NCBI GenBank assembly: GCA_045594025.1
Contig: JAZNXS010000030.1
Location: 3,230-67,229 of the forward strand
From: Candidatus Scatosoma sp.
Lineage (GTDB): Bacteria; Bacillota; Clostridia; Christensenellales; Borkfalkiaceae
DNA: 64,000 bases
Direction of reading: 5' to 3'
Below the pieces are notes generated by a model. The model did no database searches and was not told the DNA's origin. It saw nothing but the letters and a program-made list of their open reading frames with translations. This document shows, in pieces, positions 28,304 through 39,964 of the stretch (the first letter of the stretch is position 1; each line of letters begins with the position of its first letter). Made by a program: the position numbers and the translations under genes.

Positions 28304-29491
28304 TTACAATAGTGAATTAATAAACTGTTCCGCACATCTTGCCGAACGGTTGCCCTTTCTTAAGGCGAACGCCTCCGCTTGCACTTCCAACGTCTTTTCG
28401 TCCATTTTGATTTGGAAACGCTTCGCAAGTTCTTTCACAATCTCCAAATACAGCTGTTTGTTAGGCTTGGAGAATAGAACGGTAAGCCCAAAACGTTCGG
28501 AAAGGGAAAGCGTTTCTTGCAACGTATCGTTTCTATGTACGTCATCGCCCTCGCGATCGGCAAAGCTTTCCTTGATGATATGGCGGCGGTTGCTGGTTGC
28601 ATAAATCACTGCATTGTCCGCCATGGCACTCGCCGAGCCCTCCAACGCCGCTTTCAGCATGCTGAAATTATCGTCGTTTTGATTGAAGGACAAATCGTCG
28701 ATAAAGATAATAAACTTCAACGGATTACCGTTAATTTTTCCCATTACCTCGGGAAGATAACGAAGCTGATCCTTGCGCAGCTCTATCAAACGCACGCCCT
28801 CGTGGAAAAATGCGTTTGCCACCGCTTTTACCGTGGACGATTTTCCTGCGCCTGCGTCGCCGCAAAGGAGTACGTTTGCCGCAGGTCTTCCCTCCACAAA
28901 CGCTTTGGTGTTTTCCACCACCTTGCCGCGCTCCTCTTCATAACCGATAAATTGAGAAAGCTGGGTTTTATCCGCGCTGGCAATCGCCTCAATATTCCGT
29001 TCGTCCGTGAAACGGAACATGACGTTGTAGGAGAATATCCCATAACCGTATTTATCGATATTTTGCAATCTTTCACGGTACAAGATATCCATGTCCGCAT
29101 TGAACGAGTCAAAACCAGGAAGCTCTTTCAAATCGACGCCCATATCCTCCGCAAAGTCCTTCGGCGTTAAAGAAGCGAATTCAGCAAAAATTTTCAATTC
29201 TCTTTCAGCCGAAGCAAGAATATGCGGCTTAACCGTTTCCCTCTTTGCCGCTGCTTTCACATAGACGTTTTCATCGGTAAAAACGAGCTTTTGCACCAAC
29301 TCCGTCAGATTGCCGCCGTGCCGATATATCTCTGCGACAAAGCCCGCGTAGGAATCCATTTGCGCATAAGCGTCTTCTTCGCTAAGGAAGCAATATCCCC
29401 CGAAAAGCGAAAATAAGGAGTGTTCCAAAACCCCTCGAAAAACGGCGCAAGAGCAGAGCCTCATATGCAGTTTTTGCAGTTTGTTTTCCAT
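28304..29491 (-). CDS. DUF815-type AAA ATPase
   Basis: Walker A GDAGAGKSS and Walker B FIIFIDDLS. The 395-aa length and overall pattern match DUF815 proteins. Confidence 0.65.
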   Translation of the reverse strand: MENKLQKLHMRLCSCAVFRGVLEHSLFSLFGGYCFLSEEDAYAQMDSYAGFVAEIYRHGGNLTELVQKLVFTDENVYVKAAAKRETVKPHILASAERELKIFAEFASLTPKDFAEDMGVDLKELPGFDSFNADMDILYRERLQNIDKYGYGIFSYNVMFRFTDERNIEAIASADKTQLSQFIGYEEERGKVVENTKAFVEGRPAANVLLCGDAGAGKSSTVKAVANAFFHEGVRLIELRKDQLRYLPEVMGKINGNPLKFIIFIDDLSFNQNDDNFSMLKAALEGSASAMADNAVIYATSNRRHIIKESFADREGDDVHRNDTLQETLSLSERFGLTVLFSKPNKQLYLEIVKELAKRFQIKMDEKTLEVQAEAFALRKGNRSARCAEQFINSLL

Positions 29492-29503
29492 ACTCGTTCC
29501 CTT

Positions 29504-30574
29504 TTATAACGCTTCGATAATTTTATCCGTCATTTCTGCCGTGCTCAAAGCAGGTGCTCCGTGCGCAAGGTCTGCCGTACGATAACCTGCCTCCAGTACC
29601 TTATCCACCGCCGAAACAATCGCCTCCGAAGCCGCCTTTTCATCAAACGCATACAAAAGCATCATCGCCGCAGAAAGCAGGGTGGCAATCGGGTTGGCCT
29701 TGTTCTGCCCTGCAATATCGGGCGCAGAGCCATGAATCGGTTCGTAAAGTCCCCTCTTGCCATCGTTGAGTGAAGCCGAGGGCAACATACCGATCGAGCC
29801 CGTAATTTGCGAAGCTTCGTCGGAGAGAATGTCGCCGAACATATTGCTCGTTACAATAACGTCAAATTGCGAAGGGTTGCGCACAAGTTGCATTGCGGCA
29901 TTATCCACAAGCATATCGCTTACCGTTACGTCGGGATATTCCGCCGCGATTTCACATACGATTTTGCGCCATAATCTGGACGTTTCCAACACGTTCGCCT
30001 TGTCGATGCTTGTCAGCTTTTTATTGCGCTTTCTCGCTGTTTCAAACGCTACGCGTACGATACGTTCGATCTCCATACGACTATACGCCTCTGTGTCGTA
30101 AGCCTCTTCGCCGTACTTGCCCTCACGATACCCTCTTTCACCAAAGTAGATACCGCCCGTAAGTTCTCTTACAATCATAATATCAAAGCCGTTTGCAACA
30201 ATATCCTCACGAAGAGGGCATTCCCCTTTCAGCGCAGGATAGAGCTTCGCCGGACGGAGATTTGTAAACAATCCCATCGCTGCACGAATACCGAGCAGCG
30301 CCTTTTCGGGGCGCAAGTGCCCGGGCAACGTATCCCATTTCGGGCCGCCAACCGCGCCAAGTAATACGCTATCCGAAGCAAGGCAGCCCTTTACCGTTTC
30401 TTCGGGTAAGGGCGCGCCGTAAGCGTCGATTGCCGCGCCGCCGATTAAATACGGCGTAAAGGTAAAGGTGAGGTTATACTTTTTACCCACTGCCTCTAAA
30501 ACGCGTACTGCGCTATCCACGATTTCAGGGCCGATTCCGTCCCCTTTTAATAAACCGATATTGTAATTTTTCAT
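29504..30574 (-). CDS. leuB: 3-isopropylmalate dehydrogenase
   Basis: N-terminal [11 protein letters not shown] and the [12 protein letters not shown] motif. Start at ATG 30574 with an SD GAGGTG. Confidence 0.93.
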   Translation of the reverse strand: MKNYNIGLLKGDGIGPEIVDSAVRVLEAVGKKYNLTFTFTPYLIGGAAIDAYGAPLPEETVKGCLASDSVLLGAVGGPKWDTLPGHLRPEKALLGIRAAMGLFTNLRPAKLYPALKGECPLREDIVANGFDIMIVRELTGGIYFGERGYREGKYGEEAYDTEAYSRMEIERIVRVAFETARKRNKKLTSIDKANVLETSRLWRKIVCEIAAEYPDVTVSDMLVDNAAMQLVRNPSQFDVIVTSNMFGDILSDEASQITGSIGMLPSASLNDGKRGLYEPIHGSAPDIAGQNKANPIATLLSAAMMLLYAFDEKAASEAIVSAVDKVLEAGYRTADLAHGAPALSTAEMTDKIIEAL

Positions 30575-30604
30575 ATTCACCTCATACACGGTGCCTTCAT
30601 TTCG

Positions 30605-31096
30605 TTAAATGGAGCCCTTCCTAATAGATTGAACTAACCCACCGTTTGCAATAATTTCCTGTATGAACGCAGGGAAAGGCTGTGTTTTAAAACTCTTACC
30701 CGTCGTGCGGTTATAGATAACGCCGTTATCCAAATCCGCCTCCACTTTATCCCCCTCGGAAATTCCGTCCACTGCTTCGTCGCATTCAATAATCGCAAGC
30801 CCGATGTTGATAGAGTTGCGGTAAAAAATACGCGCAAAGCTTCTTGCGATGACCAAAGAAATACCGCTTGCTTTGATGGCGATGGGAGCGTGCTCTCTCG
30901 AAGAACCGCAGCCAAAATTGTTCCCTGCCACCATGATATCCCCTTGCGATACCTTGTGGATAAAATCCTTATCGATATCCTCCATACAATGGACAGCAAG
31001 CTCTTTATGATCGATGGTGTTGAGGTAACGCGCAGGAATGATTACGTCCGTATCTACGTTGTCCCCGTATTTGATTGCTTTTCCGTTAAAAATCAT
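30605..31096 (-). CDS. leuD: 3-isopropylmalate dehydratase small subunit
   Basis: [13 protein letters not shown] motif. The start at ATG 31096 overlaps the leuC stop (ATGA) and follows an SD GGAGGTG. The track ORF N-terminal extension is rejected. Confidence 0.92.
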   Translation of the reverse strand: MIFNGKAIKYGDNVDTDVIIPARYLNTIDHKELAVHCMEDIDKDFIHKVSQGDIMVAGNNFGCGSSREHAPIAIKASGISLVIARSFARIFYRNSINIGLAIIECDEAVDGISEGDKVEADLDNGVIYNRTTGKSFKTQPFPAFIQEIIANGGLVQSIRKGSI

Positions 31097-32358
31097 TCCA
31101 TCACCTCCAAAGGATCTGCAATGCGGCCCAAAACCGCACTTGCCGCCGCCACTGCAGGGCTCGCCAAATATACTTCCGAATCCACGTGCCCCATTCTGCC
31201 AACGAAGTTTCTGTTCGTCGTTGCCACAGCGCGTTCCCCTGCGGCAAGGATACCCATATATCCGCCGAGACAAGGACCGCAGGTGGGCGTGGACACGATA
31301 CAGCCCGCTTCAATGAAGATTTTTAACAGTCCGTTTTCCATCGCTTGCATGTAAATATCCTGCGTTGCGGGAATGATGATGGCGCGTACTCGTTTCGCTA
31401 CTTTTTTCCCTTTGAGAATTTCTGCGGCTTCCGCAAGATCTTTGTACTGTCCGTTGGTGCAGGAACCGATAACGACTTGGTCGATTTTTACCTCGCCGAT
31501 TTCGTCAAAGGTCTTTGTGTTTTCAGGCAAATGCGGAAATGCCACCGTCGATTTGATTTGAGATAAATCGATTTCGTACGTTTCATCATATACCGCATCT
31601 TCATCTGCGGTATAGATGGGGTATTCCCTATCCGAACGCTCTTTCACGTAGCGCACCGTCTCCTCGTCCACTTCGAAAATACCGTTCTTTGCGCCGGCTT
31701 CGATTGCCATGTTGGAGATGGTCAAACGATCGAAAATCGTCAGCGATTTTACGCCATCGCCCGTAAATTCCATGGATTTATACAACGCACCGTCCACACC
31801 GATTTTACCGATAATATGTAAAATCACGTCCTTGCCGGATACGTATTTATTCAGCTTGCCTTTGAGGATAAACTTGATAGCGGAAGGCACTTTAAACCAA
31901 GCCTTACCCGTCGCCATGCCGCAAGCCATATCCGTCGAGCCTACCCCCGTAGAGAACGCGCCGAGTGCGCCGTACGTGCAGGTATGGGAATCCGCGCCGA
32001 TGACAACGTCGCCGGGGACAACCAAGCCCTTTTCAGGGAGTAACGCATGCTCAATGCCCATTTGCCCAACGTCATAAAAATGCGTAACCTCGTGCTGATC
32101 GCAAAAGTCTCGGCACATTTTGCATTGTGCCGCCGCTTTGATGTCTTTGTTGGGGGCAAAGTGGTCCATGACCATGGTCACTTTGTCCTTGTCGTATACT
32201 TCGGTAGCGCCGATTCGTTCAAATTCTCGAATCGCCACAGGGGAGGTGATGTCGTTGCCCAAAACACGGTCTACGTTCACCAAAATCAACTGCCCTGCCT
32301 CTACCTTGTCCAATCCTGCGTGCGCCGCAAGGATTTTTTGCGTCATTGTCATTGACAT
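31093..32358 (-). CDS. leuC: 3-isopropylmalate dehydratase large subunit
   Basis: Aconitase-family motifs (GADSHT, GSCTNG, CGPCLG). 421 aa. Confidence 0.93.
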   Translation of the reverse strand: MSMTMTQKILAAHAGLDKVEAGQLILVNVDRVLGNDITSPVAIREFERIGATEVYDKDKVTMVMDHFAPNKDIKAAAQCKMCRDFCDQHEVTHFYDVGQMGIEHALLPEKGLVVPGDVVIGADSHTCTYGALGAFSTGVGSTDMACGMATGKAWFKVPSAIKFILKGKLNKYVSGKDVILHIIGKIGVDGALYKSMEFTGDGVKSLTIFDRLTISNMAIEAGAKNGIFEVDEETVRYVKERSDREYPIYTADEDAVYDETYEIDLSQIKSTVAFPHLPENTKTFDEIGEVKIDQVVIGSCTNGQYKDLAEAAEILKGKKVAKRVRAIIIPATQDIYMQAMENGLLKIFIEAGCIVSTPTCGPCLGGYMGILAAGERAVATTNRNFVGRMGHVDSEVYLASPAVAAASAVLGRIADPLEVME

Positions 32359-32385
32359 AGAAATACCTGTCCTATAAATAATTTT

Positions 32386-32775
32386 TTACCAAATTTCATA
32401 TCCTACCAACTCGTGAACGCGGCAGGAAACCGGTTCATAGTTCGTCGTAGTTCTAGCGCAGAAACGCCATTTACCGCCAACTTCAATCAGTTCAACCGAA
32501 TCATACCCCGAACCGATTACGTTGCCATCGGCATCGTAAATCAATATGGATATACTACCCGAAACGTCCTTATCCGCCGTGTTTTCCACAATCCCTTCCA
32601 CGTACACGTCGTAATATTTGTATTCTTCGTCATACATCGAGGAAATGACCGGTTCTTGCACAAGCGTAAGGTCTACGCTTTGGTTTTCAAAAAACCACCA
32701 ACAACCCGTAAAGGAAAATACAGACAAAATCACCATAAGTACGGATACTAATGTTTTTGCTAATTTTGTTTTCAT
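32386..32775 (-). CDS. Hypothetical lipoprotein
   Basis: Signal peptide plus lipobox (VLMVILSVFSFTGC). 129 aa. I recognise no family. Confidence 0.55.
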   Translation of the reverse strand: MKTKLAKTLVSVLMVILSVFSFTGCWWFFENQSVDLTLVQEPVISSMYDEEYKYYDVYVEGIVENTADKDVSGSISILIYDADGNVIGSGYDSVELIEVGGKWRFCARTTTNYEPVSCRVHELVGYEIW

Positions 32776-32844
32776 GATTTTACCCCCTTTGTCGCATACA
32801 TGGTATGCTTATCATTACATTTTGCTATCGCAAAGCAAAACATG

Positions 32845-34503
32845 TTACTTGTTCAATATTGCCCCTTTGTCTGCCGACGAAACCTGCGCCGCATACCGCT
32901 TCAAATACCCCGATACTTCTTTCTTTTTGATGGGCATTTCCGCTTTGCGTTTTTTCAGCTCTTCCTCGGAAACTTTAAGCGTAATCGAATAGTTGGGAAT
33001 ATCAATCGAGATGACGTCGCCGTCCTTGACGTAGGCGATAACGCCGCCCGAAACCGCTTCGGGAGAAACGTGCCCGATAGACGCGCCGCGCGTTGCGCCT
33101 GAAAAACGCCCGTCCGTAATCAATGCTACGTCTTTATCCAAGCCCATACCGGCAATCGCCGACGTCGGGGAGAGCATTTCTCTCATACCCGGACCGCCTG
33201 CAGGGCCTTCATAGCGGATAACGACTACGTCGCCCTTGACAATTTTACCGCCGTAAATTGCCGCAATGCATTCCTCTTCACTTTCAAATACCTTTGCAGG
33301 GCCTTCGTGCACCAACATTTCCGCCGCCACCGCCGCGCGCTTCACGACGCAACCGTCCGGTGCAAGATTGCCTTTTAATACCGCTATACCGCCCGTCTTT
33401 CCAAATGCATTTTCGGGTTTTCTAATCACTTCTTCATCTAGATTGACGATGCCTTCCAGGTTTTCTTTCATGGTTTTACCCGTGCAGGTCATTACCGAGG
33501 TATCCAACAAGGAAAGCGCCTCCAACTCTTTCAATACAGCGTACACGCCGCCTGCCTCGTTGAGGTCTTCCATGTACGTAGGGCCTGCCGGCGCCAAGTG
33601 ACAAAGGTTGGGCGTTTTTTCGCTGATGACGTTCACTTCGTCCAAGTCGAAAGGTACGTTCAATTCGTTGGCAATCGCAGGCAGGTGCAGCATGCTGTTT
33701 GTCGAACAACCAAGCGCCATGTCCGCGGTGACTGCGTTACGAATCGCCGCCGCCGTCATAACATCACGAGGACGGATATTCTTCTTCACAAGCTCCATTA
33801 CCTGCATACCTGCATGCTTTGCAAGCTCGATTCTGGCAGAATATACCGCAGGAATCGTACCGTTGCCCTGCAAGCCCATACCGAGCACTTCGGTCAAGCA
33901 GTTCATGGAATTCGCCGTATACATACCCGAACACGAACCGCAGGTAGGACATACCTTTCTTTCAAACTCGGTAAGCTGTTCTTCGTTGATTTTGCCTGCT
34001 TTATAAGCGCCAACCGCCTCGAACATACTGGAAAGCGAACGCTTCTTACCGTTCACTCTCCCTGCGAGCATCGGGCCGCCGCTTACGAATACGGTGGGAA
34101 TATTCAATCTTGCCGCCGCCATCAAAAGACCGGGTACGTTCTTATCGCAGTTGGGAATCATAACGAGTCCGTCAAAACCATGTGCGCGAACCATCGCTTC
34201 CGTAGAATCCGCAATTAAATCACGGGTAACAAGGGAATATTTCATCCCCGTATGCCCCATGGCAATACCGTCGCAAACGGTGATTGCAGGGAACATAATC
34301 GGCGTTCCCCCTGCCATGGCTACGCCAAGCTTTACCGCCTGCGCAATTTTATCGAGGTTGGTGTGCCCCGGTACGATTTCGTTGTACGAACAAACGATAC
34401 CGATCAAAGGGCGAGCCATTTCCTCGTCCGTCATACCCAACGCATGATACAACGATCTATGCGGCGCATTGTGAAATCCGTCTACTATTGTTTCTTTAAT
34501 CAT
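32845..34503 (-). CDS. ilvD: Dihydroxy-acid dehydratase
   Basis: [10 protein letters not shown] and RFSGATRG motifs. 552 aa. Confidence 0.95.
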   Translation of the reverse strand: MIKETIVDGFHNAPHRSLYHALGMTDEEMARPLIGIVCSYNEIVPGHTNLDKIAQAVKLGVAMAGGTPIMFPAITVCDGIAMGHTGMKYSLVTRDLIADSTEAMVRAHGFDGLVMIPNCDKNVPGLLMAAARLNIPTVFVSGGPMLAGRVNGKKRSLSSMFEAVGAYKAGKINEEQLTEFERKVCPTCGSCSGMYTANSMNCLTEVLGMGLQGNGTIPAVYSARIELAKHAGMQVMELVKKNIRPRDVMTAAAIRNAVTADMALGCSTNSMLHLPAIANELNVPFDLDEVNVISEKTPNLCHLAPAGPTYMEDLNEAGGVYAVLKELEALSLLDTSVMTCTGKTMKENLEGIVNLDEEVIRKPENAFGKTGGIAVLKGNLAPDGCVVKRAAVAAEMLVHEGPAKVFESEEECIAAIYGGKIVKGDVVVIRYEGPAGGPGMREMLSPTSAIAGMGLDKDVALITDGRFSGATRGASIGHVSPEAVSGGVIAYVKDGDVISIDIPNYSITLKVSEEELKKRKAEMPIKKKEVSGYLKRYAAQVSSADKGAILNK

Positions 34504-34697
34504 AATATTTTACCTTAAGTTTGCGTGAAAGTTACTTTGATAAGTGCGCTATGAGAGCGCAAACCGATACAGTACGAAGCTTAAATGGATAGTTGCAAGC
34601 AGTTCAAGGCGTAGCGAGCATATTGATAGGAGTGTACTAAGCGTACACGACTGAAATACGCGGAGATACAACGCCGAAATGCGCCGCAAATATACAT

Positions 34698-35747
<1,050 letters not shown>

Positions 35748-35759
35748 TTATTTTTCTTC

Positions 35760-36260
35760 TTATTCCGTGAACAGAGTTTTACTTCCTCTATCCAGAGCAA
35801 CGATACCGGTACGACACATTTCCAAAATACCGAACGGCTGCATCAGTTTCACAAAGGCGTCAATTTTGGAAGGACTGCCCGTCACCTCAATGCACATGCC
35901 TTCAGGAGAATAATCGATAACCCCTGCACGGAAGACGTCTACCGCTGTCATAATATCGCTACGGTATTTCGATTGATTGCGCACCTTGATCAGCATCAGT
36001 TCTCTCTTGATGGGCTCTTCGTCTAAAACTTCTACTTTCTTGACTACAAGCAATTTCTTCAGCTGGTTGATAAGCTGCGCTTTCATATACGAATCCCCAC
36101 TCATCGCGATCGTGATACGGGAATATTCAGGATGCTCCGTTTCTCCTACCGTAAGGGCGTCGATGTTAAATCCTCTGCGCGTGAACATTGCCGTAACCCT
36201 CGTCAATACACCCGCTTTGTTGTCTACGTATACCGCTATGACAAATTTATTGTTTTCCAT
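35760..36260 (-). CDS. ilvN: Acetolactate synthase small (regulatory) subunit
   Basis: ACT-domain N-terminus (VDNKAGVLTRVTAMFTRRGFNI). 166 aa. It lies directly after ilvB. Confidence 0.9.
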   Translation of the reverse strand: MENNKFVIAVYVDNKAGVLTRVTAMFTRRGFNIDALTVGETEHPEYSRITIAMSGDSYMKAQLINQLKKLLVVKKVEVLDEEPIKRELMLIKVRNQSKYRSDIMTAVDVFRAGVIDYSPEGMCIEVTGSPSKIDAFVKLMQPFGILEMCRTGIVALDRGSKTLFTE

Positions 36261-36272
36261 AATTTCACCCTC

Positions 36273-37952
36273 TTATTTTACTACCGTGATAATGTCGCTG
36301 ATCGCGCCGCCGGGCGGAAGCATAGGAAGCACCAGCTCGTCCTTGTCAATTCTTACGTCGATCACAACGGGTTTATTCGCTTGAATCGCCGCGTCGAACG
36401 CACGTCTGAATTCCACTTCCGTTTCCGCCAAATACCCCTCTGCGCCAAATGCTTTCGCAAGCGCAACGAAATCGGTCTTCCTTTCCAAAATTGTGTTCGA
36501 ATACCGCTTCCCAAAGAACAGCGTTTGCCACTGTCTTACCATACCCAAAACACCGTTGTTCATGAGCACGATTATAACGGGGATTTTATACGTTACCGCC
36601 GTTGCCAACTCGTTCAGGTTCATGCCGAAGCTGCCGTCGCCCGTAATCAAAATAACGGGATCTTTCGTTGCTACGTATGCGCCGATCGCTGCGCCAAGCC
36701 CAAAGCCCATCGTACCCAAGCCGCCGCTGGATACAATTCTGCGAGGACGGTCGAACGTGGAATACTGCGCCGCCCACATTTGATGTTGACCAACGTCCGT
36801 CGCCGTAATCGTGGCAGGCAATTTCTTTTCATTGATGATTGCAAATACCTGCCTGGGGGTAAGGGGCGCTTTTGCCGCCGCGGCAATTTCTTCCTCGAAA
36901 CGCTTTTCTTCCCTCTTCAATTCGTCTACGCGCAACAGCCACTCGCTATTTTCTTTCTTGTCGCAAAGCTTAGCAACTCTCTTAAACGAATCCTCAATAT
37001 CACCCACAAGCCCTACGTCTACTTTGACGTTTTTGTTGATTTCCGCAGAGTCGGGATCTAACTGAATGATTTTACTTCTCTTTGCAAACTTCGCTACGTT
37101 GCCCGTCGCTCTGTCGGAAAAGCGCACGCCGATGGCGATGATTAAATCGGATTCATCCTGCGCCACGGAAGAGGCGTAATGCCCGTGCATACCCTGCATA
37201 CCGAGGAATCTGTCGCTCTCTTGGGGAATGCTCGAAAGCCCCATAAACGAACAACCGATTACCGCGCCGATTTTCTTTGCAAAGGCAACGATTTCTTTGC
37301 CCATACAGAGTCCTGCTGCGCCGCCGCCTACGTAAATATAAGGTTTTTTCGAGGCATTGATCAGCTCTGCCGCCGCCTGCACGTATTTATCCTTTACCTT
37401 AGGCAAAGGCTGTTTTTCCACGATGGACTGCGGCTCGAACTCGTATTTCGCTACCTGCACGTCCTTGGGAATATCCACAAGCACGGGGCCCGGTCTGCCC
37501 GACTTCGCTACCGAAAACGCCTCGCGAAGGGTATCCGCCAAATCCTCAATTTTATGGACGAAATAGTTATGCTTAGTAATGGGCAAAGTCACGCCCGTGA
37601 TGTCGATTTCCTGGAAGCTGTCCTTACCGATGAGAGAACAGGGTACGTTACCCGTGATCGCGACCATGGGTATGGAATCGAGCATCGCCGTAGCAATACC
37701 GGTGACGAGGTTGGTAGCACCCGGGCCACTGGTAGCGATACATACGCCAACCTTACCCGTCGCCCTCGAATAGCCGTCCGCCGCATGCGCTGCGCCCTGT
37801 TCGTGCGCCGTCAGTACGTGATTGATTTTGTCCTTGTATTCGTACAGCGCGTCGTAAATATTGATAACCTGGCCGCCAGGATACCCGAAAACGTCGGTTA
37901 CCCCCTGCTCAATTAAGGTCTGTATTAAAATTTGAGCACCGTTTAATTGCAT
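36273..37952 (-). CDS. ilvB: Acetolactate synthase large subunit
   Basis: ThDP motif GDGSFGMN...NN. Start at ATG 37952 (MQLNGAQIL) with an SD AAGGAGAG. Confidence 0.93.
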   Translation of the reverse strand: MQLNGAQILIQTLIEQGVTDVFGYPGGQVINIYDALYEYKDKINHVLTAHEQGAAHAADGYSRATGKVGVCIATSGPGATNLVTGIATAMLDSIPMVAITGNVPCSLIGKDSFQEIDITGVTLPITKHNYFVHKIEDLADTLREAFSVAKSGRPGPVLVDIPKDVQVAKYEFEPQSIVEKQPLPKVKDKYVQAAAELINASKKPYIYVGGGAAGLCMGKEIVAFAKKIGAVIGCSFMGLSSIPQESDRFLGMQGMHGHYASSVAQDESDLIIAIGVRFSDRATGNVAKFAKRSKIIQLDPDSAEINKNVKVDVGLVGDIEDSFKRVAKLCDKKENSEWLLRVDELKREEKRFEEEIAAAAKAPLTPRQVFAIINEKKLPATITATDVGQHQMWAAQYSTFDRPRRIVSSGGLGTMGFGLGAAIGAYVATKDPVILITGDGSFGMNLNELATAVTYKIPVIIVLMNNGVLGMVRQWQTLFFGKRYSNTILERKTDFVALAKAFGAEGYLAETEVEFRRAFDAAIQANKPVVIDVRIDKDELVLPMLPPGGAISDIITVVK

Positions 37953-38019
37953 ACTTCTCTCCTTGTATATTATCATAGGTTAAGTTTTGCTGTCGCAAAG
38001 ATGTTTCGTGGGCAATACT

Positions 38020-38215
38020 GTGAATTGTCCGCCCTGCGGACGTGAATTTTCGCTGTCGCTCAGTGAATTGAAAACTATGTTTTCGTGAATTGACGGCTTT
38101 GCCGTCGTTGTGGCAATAATTCCGAAACGCAACGCACAGCGTTGCAATTCACGCGCTATTAGGCGCAATTCACGCCGTAAGGCAATTCATTTTTTCACAT
38201 AGTGAAAAATTTCAC
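38020..38215 (-). repeat. Hairpin-ladder repeat, GTGAATTG family, copy B (inverted relative to copy A), plus a flanking TTTTTCACATAGTGAAAAA palindrome
   Basis: On the plus strand, GTGAATT(G/T) occurs at 38020, 38042, 38063 and 38085. CAATTCA(C/T) occurs at 38145, 38166 and 38183. Mini-hairpins lie between the units (GTCCGCcctGCGGAC, GACGGCtttGCCGTC, GCAACGCacaGCGTTGC). The palindrome is at 38191-38209. Confidence 0.7.
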
Positions 38216-38218
38216 TTC

Positions 38219-39877
38219 TTATAAACTTCTGTTCACCGCCGAAACCAGCGCGCATATCGACGACGTCATAATATCGCTGTGGATGCCGACGCCCCAGTGC
38301 GTCTCGTCTCCCTCGACAATGCTGATATACGAAGCCGCCTTCGACGTGGATTTTTCTTCCAACGCGTGGCTGACGTACGTTTCCAAAATATATTCTTTCC
38401 CTGTGACCTCTTTGATCGCGTTGGAAACACAGTCCAAACGCCCATTGCCTTGAATATCGACCAGATGTTTTTCTCCGTTATATTCAATTTCCACCTTGGC
38501 GTTGACCACTTCCGCGCTCGCGTCCTCATACGAGACGTTGATTACGCTGAGTTTCTCACGCACGTTGACGAAATCACGCAGGAAAATATCGTGTACTTCC
38601 TCAGGACTGAGTTCTTTATGCGCATGGTCAGAGATACTCTTGACATGATAACCGAACACCTCGCGCATCTTGGGCGGCAACACCAGCTTGAACTGTGTTT
38701 CGAGAACGTAACCAATCCCGCCTTTGCCCGATTGAGAATTGATACGGATAACATCCGCTTCGTACACCCTTCCAACGTCCGCAGGATCGATGGGAAGATA
38801 GGGAACCGTCCACGTTTCCGCGCCCTTTTCCACACGGTATTTCATACCCTTTGCAATCGCGTCTTGATGAGAGCCCGAAAACGCCGCGAAAACAAGCGCG
38901 CCGCTGTACGGCTGACGTTCGCCCACGTGCATTCTGGTCACACGTTCATACACTTCCGTAATCTTCGGCAAGTCGGAAAAATCCAGCCCAGGATCAATCC
39001 CTTGTGAATACATATTCAGCGCCAACGTAACAATGTCGACGTTCCCCGTTCTTTCGCCGTTACCAAACAGCGTCCCTTCGATTCTGTCGCCCCCTGCCAG
39101 CAAGCCCATTTCACTATCCGCCACCGCGCAACCTCTGTCGTTATGCGGATGCAGGGAAACGATAACGTTCTCTCTGTATTTTAAATTTTTACACATGTAT
39201 TCCACTTGGTTGGCGTACACGTGCGGCATGGAATGGGACACCGTAACGGGCAGGTTGATAATCACCTTATCCTCGTTTGTCGGCTGCCATACGTCTAATA
39301 CGGCGTTGCAAATCTCCGCGGCAAATTCCGGCTCTGTGCCCGTAAAGCTTTCGGGGGAATATTCAAACGTAATTCTCCCTTCCGCTTTTTTCTTGTATTC
39401 CTTGCAAAGCTTTGCGCCGAAAACGGCAATATCCACAATTTCCTTTTTATTCCGTCTAAATACCTGCTCTCTCTGCGCTACGGACGTGGAATTGTACAAA
39501 TGCACGATGGCGTGTTTTGCCCCTTTTAACGCCTCGAACGTTTTCGCAATAATATGCTCGCGCGATTGCGTCAATACCTGGATTGTCACGTCGTCGGGGA
39601 TCAAATCCTGTTCAATCAACGTACGGCAAAATTCGTACTCCGTTTCACTCGCTGCAGGAAACCCGATTTCTATTTCCTTAAAACCGACCTTACACAAAAG
39701 CTTGAAAAATTCCAGCTTTTCTTCCAGACTCATGGGGATAATCAGCGCTTGATTGCCGTCTCGCAAATCCACACTACACCAGACGGGAGGCTTTTCCACG
39801 CAGGACTTCTTCGTCCAGTCCATCGCCACCCCTTTCGGTTCGAAATATTGTTTCACGTATTTGTTGCTATTCCTCAT
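38219..39877 (-). CDS. leuA: 2-isopropylmalate synthase (long form)
   Basis: VDLRDGNQA and HPHNDRG motifs. 552 aa. Confidence 0.93.
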   Translation of the reverse strand: MRNSNKYVKQYFEPKGVAMDWTKKSCVEKPPVWCSVDLRDGNQALIIPMSLEEKLEFFKLLCKVGFKEIEIGFPAASETEYEFCRTLIEQDLIPDDVTIQVLTQSREHIIAKTFEALKGAKHAIVHLYNSTSVAQREQVFRRNKKEIVDIAVFGAKLCKEYKKKAEGRITFEYSPESFTGTEPEFAAEICNAVLDVWQPTNEDKVIINLPVTVSHSMPHVYANQVEYMCKNLKYRENVIVSLHPHNDRGCAVADSEMGLLAGGDRIEGTLFGNGERTGNVDIVTLALNMYSQGIDPGLDFSDLPKITEVYERVTRMHVGERQPYSGALVFAAFSGSHQDAIAKGMKYRVEKGAETWTVPYLPIDPADVGRVYEADVIRINSQSGKGGIGYVLETQFKLVLPPKMREVFGYHVKSISDHAHKELSPEEVHDIFLRDFVNVREKLSVINVSYEDASAEVVNAKVEIEYNGEKHLVDIQGNGRLDCVSNAIKEVTGKEYILETYVSHALEEKSTSKAASYISIVEGDETHWGVGIHSDIMTSSICALVSAVNRSL

Positions 39878-39964
39878 AATCTGTTCCTATTGTTTTTTTG
39901 TCGTGAAGAGTTCTGTTTGTATCTTGGAAAGCGTCTTGAAAGTAAGAACGTCTCCTTCGCCACG

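Noticed and set aside
30605-31273. Long N-terminal extensions in the track ORFs for leuD (222 aa), yqfD (349 aa), trmL (185 aa), ilvB, leuB, uvrB, ypeB and the second ABC gene
   Set aside because: Internal ATGs with good SD sequences, stop/start overlaps and family-typical N-termini support shorter genes. The extensions overlap upstream genes or terminators.
34504-34697. The ilvC-ilvD intercistronic region as a third GTGAATTG-type ladder or a riboswitch
   Set aside because: It contains a few mini-hairpins (GCGCTatgagAGCGC, GTGTACtaagcGTACAC) and two TTGATA(A/G)G direct repeats. It has no alternating unit and inverted-unit architecture, and I recognise no riboswitch core. Only the stop-proximal 19-nt motif is reported.
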